Counted from the stretch's first letter, positions 18,649-29,374 are shown. The stretch: 54,251 nucleotides of DNA from a virus (IMGVR_UViG_3300007722_000019:1-54251), one strand, 5' to 3'. Notes: generated from the sequence alone by a model not told the origin. A program made the numbers and translations.

Positions 18649-19438
18649 AGATGTTGAATTATTCGAACCGGGTGTTATTAATTTAATTAATTCGCAGAAA
18701 TTTGTAGCAATACGTATTAGTGGCGGCATAGATTCCGCTATATTATGCCATATTATTCTTAAATATTTTCCACATATCGAATTGTTACCATTTACTTTTT
18801 TTAATAAATTAAGACCATCAGCAATAAATTCAGTTAATAACGTTATGAGACAACTATCTGTATTAAATCCTAATAATAAATTAATGACACACCGAATTGC
18901 ATTTTTTGATACAACACTTCCGTATATAAGGGTAAACGATAGTGGCGGACTTAAACAAAGTCCTAAGGATGCACTTCAGCGGCAATATATAAGAGATCTG
19001 TTTGACGAGTATAATGGTGATTTAAATTTAATTTTTTCCGGAGAATCCTTAAATCCTCCAGCAAATATACAGGCAGAATTAAATATGGATGGCCATTTCC
19101 TTAAATACCGGAATGAAATAATATCGGATGTGTTATTGAAATATACATATAATAATGAATATAAGTACGAATATAGGCCGTTTATAAATTATACCAAGAA
19201 ACAAATTTCGGAAGTTTGCAAAGAACTGGGATTAATGGAGACCCTCTTTCCGTACACAGAAACTTGTGAATCTGTACCGCGGCAGTATAATGATATTTAT
19301 ACTCATAAGTACGGTATAACATACACCACGCCGGGCGTTGAACCATGCCAGTGCTGCTGGCCATGCAGGGAAAAGTTCTGGGCATACGGGGTTTTCGACT
19401 TCAATACACCGGTTAGAGTGAAAGACTTAATCAAATGA
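18638..19438 (+). CDS. QueC-like PP-loop ATPase
   Basis: ISGGIDS; TETC...CQCCWPCREK. Confidence 0.7.
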   Translation: MKIRDVELFEPGVINLINSQKFVAIRISGGIDSAILCHIILKYFPHIELLPFTFFNKLRPSAINSVNNVMRQLSVLNPNNKLMTHRIAFFDTTLPYIRVNDSGGLKQSPKDALQRQYIRDLFDEYNGDLNLIFSGESLNPPANIQAELNMDGHFLKYRNEIISDVLLKYTYNNEYKYEYRPFINYTKKQISEVCKELGLMETLFPYTETCESVPRQYNDIYTHKYGITYTTPGVEPCQCCWPCREKFWAYGVFDFNTPVRVKDLIK

Positions 19439-20940
19439 AAATATTTTCTATTGCTGCTAATATGCATGATCATAATACATATGATGGCATTATCCATCGT
19501 CAGGAAGAAAGATACACAAGGAGAAAACATAATTTAATAACCGATAATCCGCATGATCCTTTACCAAGTCGAGAATTCTTCACAGAGCAGTTTATTCCAG
19601 CCTTCACTCTAACTGGTGTGATGCCTGCGTTCACATGTTCAAATTTAGGTAAACAATTTGTTTTAGATTTACTAGAAGATCAGCTATCGGATACGGGATT
19701 TTTATCATTTAAGCCAAAGACTATCTGGGATAGGTATCAGACACCCGACTATTACTATATCGACCACCATCAGTCCCATGCTGCGTATGCATATCTTACA
19801 TCGGGGTTCAATGAATCCGATATACTTGCAATCGACGGCCAGGGTTGCACATTTAGCTGTATATTTGTAGATAAGTCTGGGAAAATAATTGATTTATCGC
19901 CTAAATTATCTATAGGTGGTTTGTGGAATCTATTGTCGCAACAGGTAGGCCTGGGATATTTAGGTGCAGGAAAGTTAATGGGGTTATCTGCATATGGAAA
20001 ATATGACAACAGAATAGCAGACGTAGTTTCGTTATACCTTAGAAATCCAATTCATAAATTGCCTGATTACGCATATAGCATTGTTATGAATACTGAAAAA
20101 AAAGACATAGCTTATACTTTGCAATATATAACTACGCGATTAGTTATAGACACAATAATGCAGTATAAGACATCTGACAATATATGTATTGCCGGCGGCG
20201 TAGCTTATAATGGGTACCTAAATGAAGAATTTACTAAATTTTATACAAATGTGCATATACCACCTGCAGTAGGGGATGAAGGCCAATCAATCGGCACCTA
20301 CATGCATGCAAACTATGTATTAAATAATAGTATAGATATTCCGAGTGTATATTCGGGGGAATCGCACACACTTGATCCTGCAATTTTTAAAGGGATAAAT
20401 TTCAAAAAAGAATCATTTGACAGTTTGTCAATTTATATAGCTGACGCAATTTCAAATGGCAAAATTGTCGGGTGGTATCAGGGCAGATCCGAAAGTGGGA
20501 ATAGAGCCCTTGGAAATCGTAGCATTTTAGCAGATCCCAGAAATCCGAATATTAAAGATATAATTAATTCTAAAATTAAATTAAGGGAAGATTTTCGACC
20601 GTTTGCCCCTAGTGTGCTAGAGGAGCACTATAAGGAATATTTTCTTACTAACCAACCGAGTCCGTATATGTCTAGGATAATCCCTGTAATATCAGATAAA
20701 ATACCTGGTGTAACCCACATCGATAAGACAGCAAGAATACACACCGTAACTAGAGAATCTAATGAAAGATTTTTTAAATTAATTACAGATTTTCATAATA
20801 TAACAGGAATACCTATGTTACTGAATACAAGCTTCAATTGTAGAGAGCCTATTGTCGAAACACCAACAGATGCTATAAACACTTTTAAGAAGTGTGGATT
20901 AGATATTCTTGTAATTGACGATTACATAATTGAAAAATGA
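19435..20940 (+). CDS. carbamoyltransferase (NodU/CmcH family)
   Basis: HHQSHA, AGKLMGLSAYG, RALGNRSILADP, REDFRPFAPS, LNTSFN. Confidence 0.92.
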   Translation: MKIFSIAANMHDHNTYDGIIHRQEERYTRRKHNLITDNPHDPLPSREFFTEQFIPAFTLTGVMPAFTCSNLGKQFVLDLLEDQLSDTGFLSFKPKTIWDRYQTPDYYYIDHHQSHAAYAYLTSGFNESDILAIDGQGCTFSCIFVDKSGKIIDLSPKLSIGGLWNLLSQQVGLGYLGAGKLMGLSAYGKYDNRIADVVSLYLRNPIHKLPDYAYSIVMNTEKKDIAYTLQYITTRLVIDTIMQYKTSDNICIAGGVAYNGYLNEEFTKFYTNVHIPPAVGDEGQSIGTYMHANYVLNNSIDIPSVYSGESHTLDPAIFKGINFKKESFDSLSIYIADAISNGKIVGWYQGRSESGNRALGNRSILADPRNPNIKDIINSKIKLREDFRPFAPSVLEEHYKEYFLTNQPSPYMSRIIPVISDKIPGVTHIDKTARIHTVTRESNERFFKLITDFHNITGIPMLLNTSFNCREPIVETPTDAINTFKKCGLDILVIDDYIIEK

Positions 20941-21575
20941 TAGATCTTGTAAATAACACCATTAGTTTAGATTTATTTAGGAAAGTTTTAAAAGAAATAA
21001 AAAACCAATCAACACTTTATCTGGATATGATAGATTCGTTTAGTGACAACCAGTTTAAATCAAAAGTATTTTTGTTAGACCAGTTAACAAACCTCGGTAT
21101 AGTAAATGAGGCAACATATGTTGTCATTATCGGGTGCTGGTACGGTAGTATACTTATACCTGTATTGTCATCTAAAGTATCTAAAATAACTGGGATTGAT
21201 TTAGATGACAGGTCGATACGCATAGCAAAAAATAGATTTTTTCCAAATTATAAAAATGTATATTTTAGGACAGGAGACACCTTTGATACAACTAAAAATA
21301 AAACCATCTACAGTGATGCTAATTTAATTATTAATACATCCTGCGAACATATGCGCCCAATGTGCGAATGGCCTTACTGGGATAGTGTGAAGAGTGATGC
21401 ATATTTTGCATTTCAGTCGAATAATATGTTCGGCATAGACGGGCATACCAATTGTGTAAATTCAATAATTGAGTTTAAAGCTCAGATGCCGACAAAATTT
21501 GAAGCAATTTTTGAAAATGAATTAATCGAAGACAGGGGAATTCGTTACACACTTATCGGAAAAATGCATCCATAA
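20937..21575 (+). CDS. SAM-dependent methyltransferase-like protein
   Basis: IIGCWYG, GIDLD, INTSCEHM, QSNN. Confidence 0.75.
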   Translation: MIDLVNNTISLDLFRKVLKEIKNQSTLYLDMIDSFSDNQFKSKVFLLDQLTNLGIVNEATYVVIIGCWYGSILIPVLSSKVSKITGIDLDDRSIRIAKNRFFPNYKNVYFRTGDTFDTTKNKTIYSDANLIINTSCEHMRPMCEWPYWDSVKSDAYFAFQSNNMFGIDGHTNCVNSIIEFKAQMPTKFEAIFENELIEDRGIRYTLIGKMHP

Positions 21576-21628
21576 TGCGATTATATAACTCTGGGTTTAA
21601 TGATAAATAATTGAAATGGAGATAATAT

Positions 21629-22024
21629 ATGTTCGGATTAAGTCAGATTCAATTAATAGCAAGTATTGTATTACTAGCCGCACTTTCTGCATCGGCTGTA
21701 TATATAGTAATTCTTAGAACACAGGCAACAACACTAAAGTCGGAAAAAGAAACACTTCAGACAAAATTAGATATGTCACAGGCTAATCTTTTCCAATTGA
21801 AAAATGATATAGATGCACAAAATGTTGCCATACAGAAATTAAAGACAGACACCGATGAAAGAGTTGCAAAGGGGTTAGAAGAAATTGCAAGAGCCAAGGC
21901 ATCTGCAGCATCAAGCAAAGCGAGAGCAGATAGTATATTATCAAGAAAACCACCTGTGGGTGCAAATATATGTGACGCTGCAAATGACTTATTTAATCAG
22001 GAGATAAAGCATGGTAAGAAATAA
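21629..22024 (+). CDS. inner-membrane spanin (Rz-like)
   Basis: N-terminal TM helix, coiled coil, C-terminal Cys; overlaps lipoprotein gene. Confidence 0.7.
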   Translation: MFGLSQIQLIASIVLLAALSASAVYIVILRTQATTLKSEKETLQTKLDMSQANLFQLKNDIDAQNVAIQKLKTDTDERVAKGLEEIARAKASAASSKARADSILSRKPPVGANICDAANDLFNQEIKHGKK

Positions 22025-22280
22025 ATTTATATTATTGATACCGTTTTTATTATTTGGATGTGCTACTACAGAGCCTACTATAAAGGTTGTTACACAGAAA
22101 GTTGAGATACCTGTTGCAACAGCATGTAAGACAGTAACACCGACTGCACCATCTTTCTCTTTTAACAGTCTGTCTGAAGAGAATACAATATACGAGAAAT
22201 CACAGATTGCATTATCTGATTTAGAACTCCACAGGAGTTATGAAATAGAATTGTTAGCAGCATTAAAATCTTGTAAATAA
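22011..22280 (+). CDS. outer-membrane spanin lipoprotein (Rz1-like)
   Basis: LFGC lipobox, VEIPVATAC, terminal Cys. Confidence 0.7.
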   Translation: MVRNKFILLIPFLLFGCATTEPTIKVVTQKVEIPVATACKTVTPTAPSFSFNSLSEENTIYEKSQIALSDLELHRSYEIELLAALKSCK

Positions 22281-22345
22281 AACTCCCAGACATTAAGTTT
22301 AAATATAAAGCTATTGATAAATACTCTGACACAACAGGAGTTCCA

Positions 22346-24280
22346 ATGGCAATATCCAAACTTTTTAAATCTAATTTCGACAAAACTGTTTTTAAGTCGA
22401 TGACTATAGACGAATATCTCGATATTTGTAAAAAAGATAAAATGGCATATGCTACTTCTGCAGAACGAATGGTAAAAGCCATCGGAGAACCGGAATTAAT
22501 AGACACAAGTAGAGATCCCCGACTAAGCAGAATATTTTCCAACAGAACTGTAAGGATATATCCGGCATTTAAAAATTTCTACGGAATGGAAGATGCTATA
22601 GAACGTATAGTTGGATATTTTAGGCATGCAGCACAGGGATTAGAAGAAAGAAAACAAATTCTATATTTGTTAGGCCCAGTCGGGACCGCTAAATCCTCCT
22701 TAGCCGAGAAACTAAAGGATTTGATGGAAATAAATCCTATCTATGTATTAGCAACAGATCAGGGCGAGATTAGTCCTGTATTCGAAAGCCCGTTGGGATT
22801 ATTTCCTAGTAAAACTTATGGCGATACCATGGAAACAGAATACGGTATTGATAAAAGATACTTGATGACAATTATTAGTCCGTGGGCATCTAAACGGTTA
22901 AAAGAATTTGATGGTGATATCAACAGATTTAGAGTTGTAAAACTTTCACCAAATAAGTTATCTCAAATTGCATTAATGAAGACAGAACCCGGTGACGAAA
23001 ATAATCAGGATATTAGTGCATTAGTCGGTAAGATGGACATTCGTAAATTAGAAAAATTTAGTCAGAATGATACCGATGCATATAGCTACAGTGGCGGACT
23101 ATGCCGTTCAAACCAGGGCCTATTAGAATTCGTCGAGATGTTTAAGGCACCAATTAAAGTCTTGCATCCATTATTGACTGCAACACAGGAAGGAAACTAT
23201 GCAGGGACAGAAGCAATAGGTGCTATTCCGTTCCAAGGTATAGTATTAGCCCACAGTAATGAATCTGAATGGAAAACATTTAGAAATAATAAAAATAATG
23301 AAGCTTTCTTGGATCGTATTTGTGTTGTTAAAGTTCCTTATTGCCTACGAGTTGACGAAGAAGCAAAGATCTATAAGAAGATGATTGCTGATTCTGGATT
23401 ACTCGATACACCTTGTGCTCCACAGACAATAGAAATGTTAGCGCAATTTAGCATGCTTACCCGCCTAACAGAGCACGAAAATAGCACACTCTTTAGTAAA
23501 ATGAGAGTATACAATGGCGAGAACATTAGAGAAAGTGATCCTAAAGCAAAGAGTATGCAAGAATACCGAGATGTAGCTGGTGTAGATGAAGGCATGTCTG
23601 GTACATCGACTCGGTTTGCTTATAAAATTCTTAGCCAAACATTTAACTTTACACCGGAAGAAATTTCTGCAGATCCCGTACACTTGATGTATGTGCTAGA
23701 AAATGCCATTAAGCGTGAGCAGTTTGGCGAAACATTAGAACAAGAATACCTAACACATATTAAGGCAGAATTAGCTCCGAGGTATGCAGAATTTCTTGGT
23801 AACGAAATACAGAAAGCATATTTGGAAAGCTACGGCGAATATGGGCAGAATATTTTTTCGAGATATGTAGATTATGCCGATGCATGGATTCAACAAGTAG
23901 AATTTAAAGATCCAGACAGCGGATTGCTAATGGATAGAAGCTTGTTAAATGTAGAACTTGAAAAAATTGAAAAGCCTGCCGGTATTGGGAATCCAAAAGA
24001 TTTTAGAAATGAGATTGTGAATTTTGTATTACGTGCAAAAGCAAAAACCGGACAAGATGTAAAATGGACAAGTTATGCTATCTTGAGAGATGTTATCGAA
24101 AAGAGAATGTTTAGTCAAGTAGAGGAACTATTACCAGTTATTAGTTTCGAGGGAAAGAAAGACAAAGCATTGGAGAAGAAGCATAACGATTTTATCTCTA
24201 GAATGACTTCGAGAGGATACACAACTCGGCAAATCAGGAGATTAGTCGACTGGTATATGAGAATCAGAAAAAGTTCTTAA
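22346..24280 (+). CDS. yeaG: PrkA/YeaG AAA+ serine protein kinase
   Basis: AAQGLEERKQILYLLGPVG..KSS, EFVEMFKAPIKVLHPLLTATQEGNY. Confidence 0.95.
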   Translation: MAISKLFKSNFDKTVFKSMTIDEYLDICKKDKMAYATSAERMVKAIGEPELIDTSRDPRLSRIFSNRTVRIYPAFKNFYGMEDAIERIVGYFRHAAQGLEERKQILYLLGPVGTAKSSLAEKLKDLMEINPIYVLATDQGEISPVFESPLGLFPSKTYGDTMETEYGIDKRYLMTIISPWASKRLKEFDGDINRFRVVKLSPNKLSQIALMKTEPGDENNQDISALVGKMDIRKLEKFSQNDTDAYSYSGGLCRSNQGLLEFVEMFKAPIKVLHPLLTATQEGNYAGTEAIGAIPFQGIVLAHSNESEWKTFRNNKNNEAFLDRICVVKVPYCLRVDEEAKIYKKMIADSGLLDTPCAPQTIEMLAQFSMLTRLTEHENSTLFSKMRVYNGENIRESDPKAKSMQEYRDVAGVDEGMSGTSTRFAYKILSQTFNFTPEEISADPVHLMYVLENAIKREQFGETLEQEYLTHIKAELAPRYAEFLGNEIQKAYLESYGEYGQNIFSRYVDYADAWIQQVEFKDPDSGLLMDRSLLNVELEKIEKPAGIGNPKDFRNEIVNFVLRAKAKTGQDVKWTSYAILRDVIEKRMFSQVEELLPVISFEGKKDKALEKKHNDFISRMTSRGYTTRQIRRLVDWYMRIRKSS

Positions 24281-24290
24281 TAGGAAATAA

Positions 24291-25568
24291 ATGTCAAATA
24301 TTATCGATAGAAGACTTAACCCGCGGGATAAGGCACTAAGGAATAGACAGAAATTTATCCAAAGAAGCAAGTCGCAGATCAAGCAATCGGTTAAAGATGC
24401 CATAGATTCTGGGAGTATATCGGATATAGAGGGCGGCAAAGTCAGAGTTAAAGTTGGCGGCATAGGCGAACCGTCATTTTCTATAAATCAAAAAACAGGC
24501 AATAAGAAATATGTTCTGCCCGGAAATAAAGATCATGTTGTAAATGACATCCAAGACAAGTCGGAAGATGGAGAAGGATCTGGTGGCAGTAAAGCCGGAC
24601 TCGGCGAAGGCGAGGATGACTTCGAGTTCGAATTAAATCGAGAAGAATTCCTGGACTTTATATTCGATGATCTAGAATTGCCGGACCTTGCTAAGAAGCA
24701 AATGAAGGATGTCACAAAGATCAAAATGAAAAGAGCCGGGTTTACAAACTCGGGTAATCCTACACAATTAGATATTTCGCGGTCTGTCAAGAATAGCATG
24801 GGCCGCCGCATTGGCCTGGGCCGTCCGAAAAATGAAGAAATAACAGAACTAGAAGAATTACTAGAAACCATTGATCCAGGCAGCGACGAATATAAAACCT
24901 TAACACTCAAACTTGAGGAACTGAGAAGATTACAAGTCTCAATTCCGTGGTTAGATCCATTTGATGTTAGATACAGGAACTTTACACCAACACCACAACC
25001 AATGACTCAAGCAGTTATGTTTTGTGTAATGGATGTTTCGGGGTCCATGGGACAACGAGAGAAAGATCATGCAAAAAGATTCTTTTTATTCCTTTTTATG
25101 TTTCTGTCCAGGAAATATCAAAAAGTAAATATTGTTTTTATTAGACATCATGAAAGTGCAAAAGAGGTAGACGAGGAAGAATTCTTTTCAAGCAAAGAAA
25201 GTGGCGGTACTGTAGTCTCGACTGCATTGGAACTTACTAAACAAATTATCGATTCTAGATACAATGTGAATGATTGGAACATATATGCTGCCCAAGCAAG
25301 TGACGGCGACAACTTTTCTAATGATACAGAGAAGACATTGTCTGTTATGAGAGAGCTATTGCCACTAGTCCAATATTTTGCCTATGTCGAGATTACAAAC
25401 TCATATCAATCGATAGGTTTTGCCGGCATCGCAAGCCCTGGCACAGACCTATGGAAAACCTACCGAGCATTAGTCGAGGAATATAAGAATCTTAATATGA
25501 GGAAAGTTTCAGAAGTGCAGGATGTCTGGAAAGTGTTTAAAGATTTATTTAAAAAGGAATCTGCATAA
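24291..25568 (+). CDS. yeaH: YeaH/YhbH family VWA protein
   Basis: IIDRRLN, AVMFCVMDVSGSM, FIRHH, AQASDGDN. Confidence 0.93.
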   Translation: MSNIIDRRLNPRDKALRNRQKFIQRSKSQIKQSVKDAIDSGSISDIEGGKVRVKVGGIGEPSFSINQKTGNKKYVLPGNKDHVVNDIQDKSEDGEGSGGSKAGLGEGEDDFEFELNREEFLDFIFDDLELPDLAKKQMKDVTKIKMKRAGFTNSGNPTQLDISRSVKNSMGRRIGLGRPKNEEITELEELLETIDPGSDEYKTLTLKLEELRRLQVSIPWLDPFDVRYRNFTPTPQPMTQAVMFCVMDVSGSMGQREKDHAKRFFLFLFMFLSRKYQKVNIVFIRHHESAKEVDEEEFFSSKESGGTVVSTALELTKQIIDSRYNVNDWNIYAAQASDGDNFSNDTEKTLSVMRELLPLVQYFAYVEITNSYQSIGFAGIASPGTDLWKTYRALVEEYKNLNMRKVSEVQDVWKVFKDLFKKESA

Positions 25569-25615
25569 TGGCGTATCTTAGCCTATGAAATGATAAATAA
25601 TATAAAAGGTGTAAC

Positions 25616-26503
25616 ATGAGATATCATTATGTATATATTACTGTAAATTTAATAAATGCCAATTTTTATATAGGCAAACATTCCAGTTTAAAAATAAACG
25701 ATAATTATAGCGGAAGTGGCACTCTAATTAAAGCTGCTATACGAAAATACGGACGAAAGAATTTTAAAACATCGGTATTAGTGTATTGTTTAAGCGAAGA
25801 AGCCGCGTATTCGTGCGAAGAAGAAATTGTTAATGAATTTTTAAATGATCAGGCATGCTACAATTTAGTAGAAGGTGGCCAAGGATTTACTAATGAATCT
25901 GGTAAACGTGCATCGTTAAAGGCACAAGATGCCGGATGGTTCGGATGGAAAAATCTAAAAGACACAGATCCCGATAAATTACTTGAAAATTGCAGAAATG
26001 GCAGAATCAAAGGTGCCGCAATTAACAGGGAGAATGGCACAGGTATGTTTGCATTTACATTTAACGAACGTAGTAATTGGTCGTCAAACTATAATTCGAA
26101 TAGAGTATGGATTACTAACGGTGTTATAGATAAACGAGTTAAGGATATTTGCCAGTTTCCATTAGGATATTATGTAGGTAGGTCAAATATTATAAATATA
26201 AGCCGTATCGGAATGAAATGTTGGACTAATGGTGATATTCATCTATTTGCGTTTAGTTCCCCCGGAGCAGAATTTTTTAATGGTATGATTAAGACTACTC
26301 CTACTGCTAAATTACCGTGGTGGAATAACGGCAAGCAAAATAAGAGATCGATAGCTATTCCGGGACCCGATTTTAATCCAGGTCGATTAAAATGGAAATC
26401 GAAAATCGTAGAATGCACATATTGCACCAAAACCGGCGGCGAGACTGCAATGAAACGACACCATTTCACTCACTGTAAATTTAGGGAAATAGTAAATGTC
26501 TAA
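25616..26503 (+). CDS. GIY-YIG homing endonuclease inserted in yeaH-ycgB junction
   Basis: YVYITVN...FYIG...YSGSG; WITNG/WTNG/WWNNG repeats. Confidence 0.85.
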   Translation: MRYHYVYITVNLINANFYIGKHSSLKINDNYSGSGTLIKAAIRKYGRKNFKTSVLVYCLSEEAAYSCEEEIVNEFLNDQACYNLVEGGQGFTNESGKRASLKAQDAGWFGWKNLKDTDPDKLLENCRNGRIKGAAINRENGTGMFAFTFNERSNWSSNYNSNRVWITNGVIDKRVKDICQFPLGYYVGRSNIINISRIGMKCWTNGDIHLFAFSSPGAEFFNGMIKTTPTAKLPWWNNGKQNKRSIAIPGPDFNPGRLKWKSKIVECTYCTKTGGETAMKRHHFTHCKFREIVNV

Positions 26504-27938
26504 ATTATTTAAAAATAATGAATGGGATTTTGATGTGTTGCGGAAAATAACCGATGCTTGTGCTAAAATAGCTGTTGAAGAATTACATTTAGATATATAT
26601 CCGATTCAGATCGAAATTATTGATTCATCACAGATGCTCGATGCATATAGTAGCAACGGGTTACCGATGATGTATAATCATTGGAGCTTTGGAAAGCATT
26701 TTTTACAACACGAGCATAGTTATAGGGGAGGTCATTCCGGATTGGCAATGGAAATTGTTATAAACAGTTCGCCATGCATATCATACCTAATGGAGGATAA
26801 TTCGGCTACTATTCAGACACTTGTAATTGCCCATGCCGGCTTCGGGCATAATCATTTTTTTAAAAATAATTATTTATTCAAGCAGTGGACAGACGCAGAG
26901 GGAATTTTAGACTATTTACAGTTTGCCAAAAATTATATAACTAAATGCGAGGAAAAACACGGACTGGCAGAAGTAGAGGCAACATTAGATGCATGCCATG
27001 CCATTTCGGACTACGGAGTCGATAGGTATAAGCGTCCTACCAAATTAAGTAAAAAGAAAGAAATTGAATTACAGAATGTCAGAGCAGATTATGTTCAACA
27101 GCAGGCCAATGAACTTTGGTCAACATTACATCAGAAAGAAAATAAGTCTGCTAAACTTCGAGAATTACATTTTCCAGAAGAACCACAAGAAAATATTATG
27201 TATTTTCTGGAGAAGAACAGTCCTGTACTAGAAAGCTGGCAACGAGAGATAGTAAGGATAGTCAGAAAGATTGCTCAGTATTTTTATCCGCAGCGGCAAA
27301 CAAAATTAATGAATGAAGGCTGGGCAAGTTTCACACATTTTTATATAATGAATAGACTATGGGAAAAAGGTCTTATAAATGACGGCAGCTATTTAGAGTT
27401 CATACATAGTCATAGTGGTGTTGTGACTCAGCTTCCGTATAATCACAAGTATTACAACGGATTTAATGTTTATGCGTTGGGCCTCGATATGTTTAATGAC
27501 ATTAAACGAGTATGTGAAAATCCTACAGACGAAGATAAGGCATGCTTCCCTCATTTAATTGGTCAACACTGGTTAGATGTCTGTTTAGATGCAGTTGCTA
27601 ATTATAGGGATGAAAGTTTTGTATCCCAATTCCTTAGTCCGACTGTTATGAAAAAATGGGGCTTATTTGAAATAACAAATAATGAACATGATAAGTTTGT
27701 AACTGTTTCTGGAATACAGGATATGCGTGGATATAACGCAGTCAGGAAGACATTAAGTAATCAATACAGCAGTACGTCTCATCAACCAAATATCCAAATA
27801 ATAAACGCAAACCTTGCAGGATCGCGCACTTTAGAGCTTAAATACACTGCTTATAACAATGCCAAGCTAAATAACAGCGGTAAAGTAATAAACTGTATTA
27901 AATACCTCTGGGGATACGATGTATCCTTGGATGGTTGA
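26496..27938 (+). CDS. ycgB: SpoVR/YcgB family protein
   Basis: HWSFGK, EIVINSSPCI, HNHFFKNN, YFYPQRQTKLMNEGWASFTH. Confidence 0.93.
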   Translation: MSKLFKNNEWDFDVLRKITDACAKIAVEELHLDIYPIQIEIIDSSQMLDAYSSNGLPMMYNHWSFGKHFLQHEHSYRGGHSGLAMEIVINSSPCISYLMEDNSATIQTLVIAHAGFGHNHFFKNNYLFKQWTDAEGILDYLQFAKNYITKCEEKHGLAEVEATLDACHAISDYGVDRYKRPTKLSKKKEIELQNVRADYVQQQANELWSTLHQKENKSAKLRELHFPEEPQENIMYFLEKNSPVLESWQREIVRIVRKIAQYFYPQRQTKLMNEGWASFTHFYIMNRLWEKGLINDGSYLEFIHSHSGVVTQLPYNHKYYNGFNVYALGLDMFNDIKRVCENPTDEDKACFPHLIGQHWLDVCLDAVANYRDESFVSQFLSPTVMKKWGLFEITNNEHDKFVTVSGIQDMRGYNAVRKTLSNQYSSTSHQPNIQIINANLAGSRTLELKYTAYNNAKLNNSGKVINCIKYLWGYDVSLDG

Positions 27939-28056
27939 CATTATTGCAAGATAGTGTTAAAGTATAGGTTGTGCTGTAAAAGGGCGTACAAAGAGAATCT
28001 GCCGCAAGGCAAACAAGACGGTGGTTCAATACCCGCTAAACTAGATAAATACAAGT

Positions 28057-28803
28057 ATGAACTACTTGTATAAAATAACTAACATAATAAACAATAAAAT
28101 TTATGTAGGGGTCCACCAAACTGACAGTATTGATGATAGATATATGGGATCAGGAACTGCAATAATTCGTGCCATAAAGAAATATGGAATAGAAAATTTC
28201 AGAAAAGATATATTAGAATTTTTTGATACATATGAAATGGCTTTAGAAGCTGAAGAACTTATAGTTGATAAGAAATTTATTTTACGTGAAGATGTGTATA
28301 ATCTCAGAACAGGTGGCATCGGCGGTTGGGGCCACATAAATTCGATTGACAAAGCTGACAGAATAAATATAAAATCATTTAAGGCTAAAATAGCATCAGG
28401 GGAACTAAAAGTAGGTGGTTCACAGCATTGGACAGAAGAAAATAGAAAAAAAGTTATAGACACTGCAAGAAAAAATGCAAATAAAGTAACTGGTGCTGCC
28501 CATACTGAATCTGCAAATAATAAACGAAATGCAACATTTAAGCGAATAGGGTTTTCCCAGGGTAAAAAGAATTCACAATATGGAAAATTTTGGATATCAA
28601 ATATAGAAACAAAAGAAGTAAGACGAACAGATAAAGGTGCAAATATTCCAGATGGCTGGGTAAGAGGTAAAAAGGGGCACGAAGTTAAAACGGCTTGGAT
28701 AAATAACGGAATAAGAGAAACCATTATTTTAATAGGTGATAAAGATTACTCTTTAAATAATGGATACATTGCAGGTAGATTAAGGAGAAATTCTGCTATT
28801 TAG
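28057..28803 (+). CDS. GIY-YIG homing endonuclease (Seg-like)
   Basis: YLYKITN...IYVG...YMGSG; close paralog of 6709 ORF. Confidence 0.85.
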   Translation: MNYLYKITNIINNKIYVGVHQTDSIDDRYMGSGTAIIRAIKKYGIENFRKDILEFFDTYEMALEAEELIVDKKFILREDVYNLRTGGIGGWGHINSIDKADRINIKSFKAKIASGELKVGGSQHWTEENRKKVIDTARKNANKVTGAAHTESANNKRNATFKRIGFSQGKKNSQYGKFWISNIETKEVRRTDKGANIPDGWVRGKKGHEVKTAWINNGIRETIILIGDKDYSLNNGYIAGRLRRNSAI

Positions 28804-28810
28804 TTAGCAA

Positions 28811-29077
28811 GTGTGTAACAGAGAATGTGCGACACGAGGATTCGACTTCCTCCACCTCCACCTAAGTTACTTAGGATACTTAGGTGGGGGTGAACTGGCT
28901 ATCGACCGCGCAGGCAAAATTACACATAGAATCGTCATGTAACCGACGTTAATGATACAAAAATAGTAAATGCAAACGCAAATACAAACGAGTTGAACAT
29001 GTCTGCTTTCGCAGAGATGGTCGCAGCCTAAGAAACTGCCACTCCGAGGTAGGACTTACCTTGTATAATAAATAACC
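28811..29077 (+). ncRNA. ssrA: circularly permuted two-piece tmRNA
   Basis: T arm + CACCTCC-A precedes GGGGGTG (28886); G3:U70; tag frame 28972-29031 ANANTNELNMSAFAEMVAA*. Confidence 0.88.
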
Positions 29078-29100
29078 AATGGGGCTTCGGCCCCATTTTT
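29078..29100 (+). terminator. intrinsic terminator
   Basis: AATGGGGC-TTCG-GCCCCATT-TTT. Confidence 0.85.
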
Positions 29101-29122
29101 ACGACTCCCAATTTATCGAAAT

Positions 29123-29374
29123 TTAAATTATTAGTTCTAATACGCCGACAATTGCATCGAACGCTTTTTGCATTAGAATCTTTTCTTCTAAATCGGCTGC
29201 ACCCATTGCGAGTTCCTGAGCAACCTTCATATCGTTTAACAAATCCTTTGCTTCAACCGACGTAATACTGCCATCGTTTAGTGCATTGTGTATTCCTTGT
29301 ATTTTTGCACCGATTTGTTGTGCGTACGGATTATCCGATGACACAAGTTCTTTAATTTTATCTTCAGTAGACAT
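29123..29374 (-). CDS. hypothetical protein
   Basis: 83-aa ORF coupled to upstream lipoprotein gene. Confidence 0.65.
   Translation of the reverse strand: MSTEDKIKELVSSDNPYAQQIGAKIQGIHNALNDGSITSVEAKDLLNDMKVAQELAMGAADLEEKILMQKAFDAIVGVLELII

Noticed and set aside
25616-26503. Group I intron around the endonuclease
   Set aside because: ORF is intergenic, overlaps the ycgB start and has no room for intron core elements.
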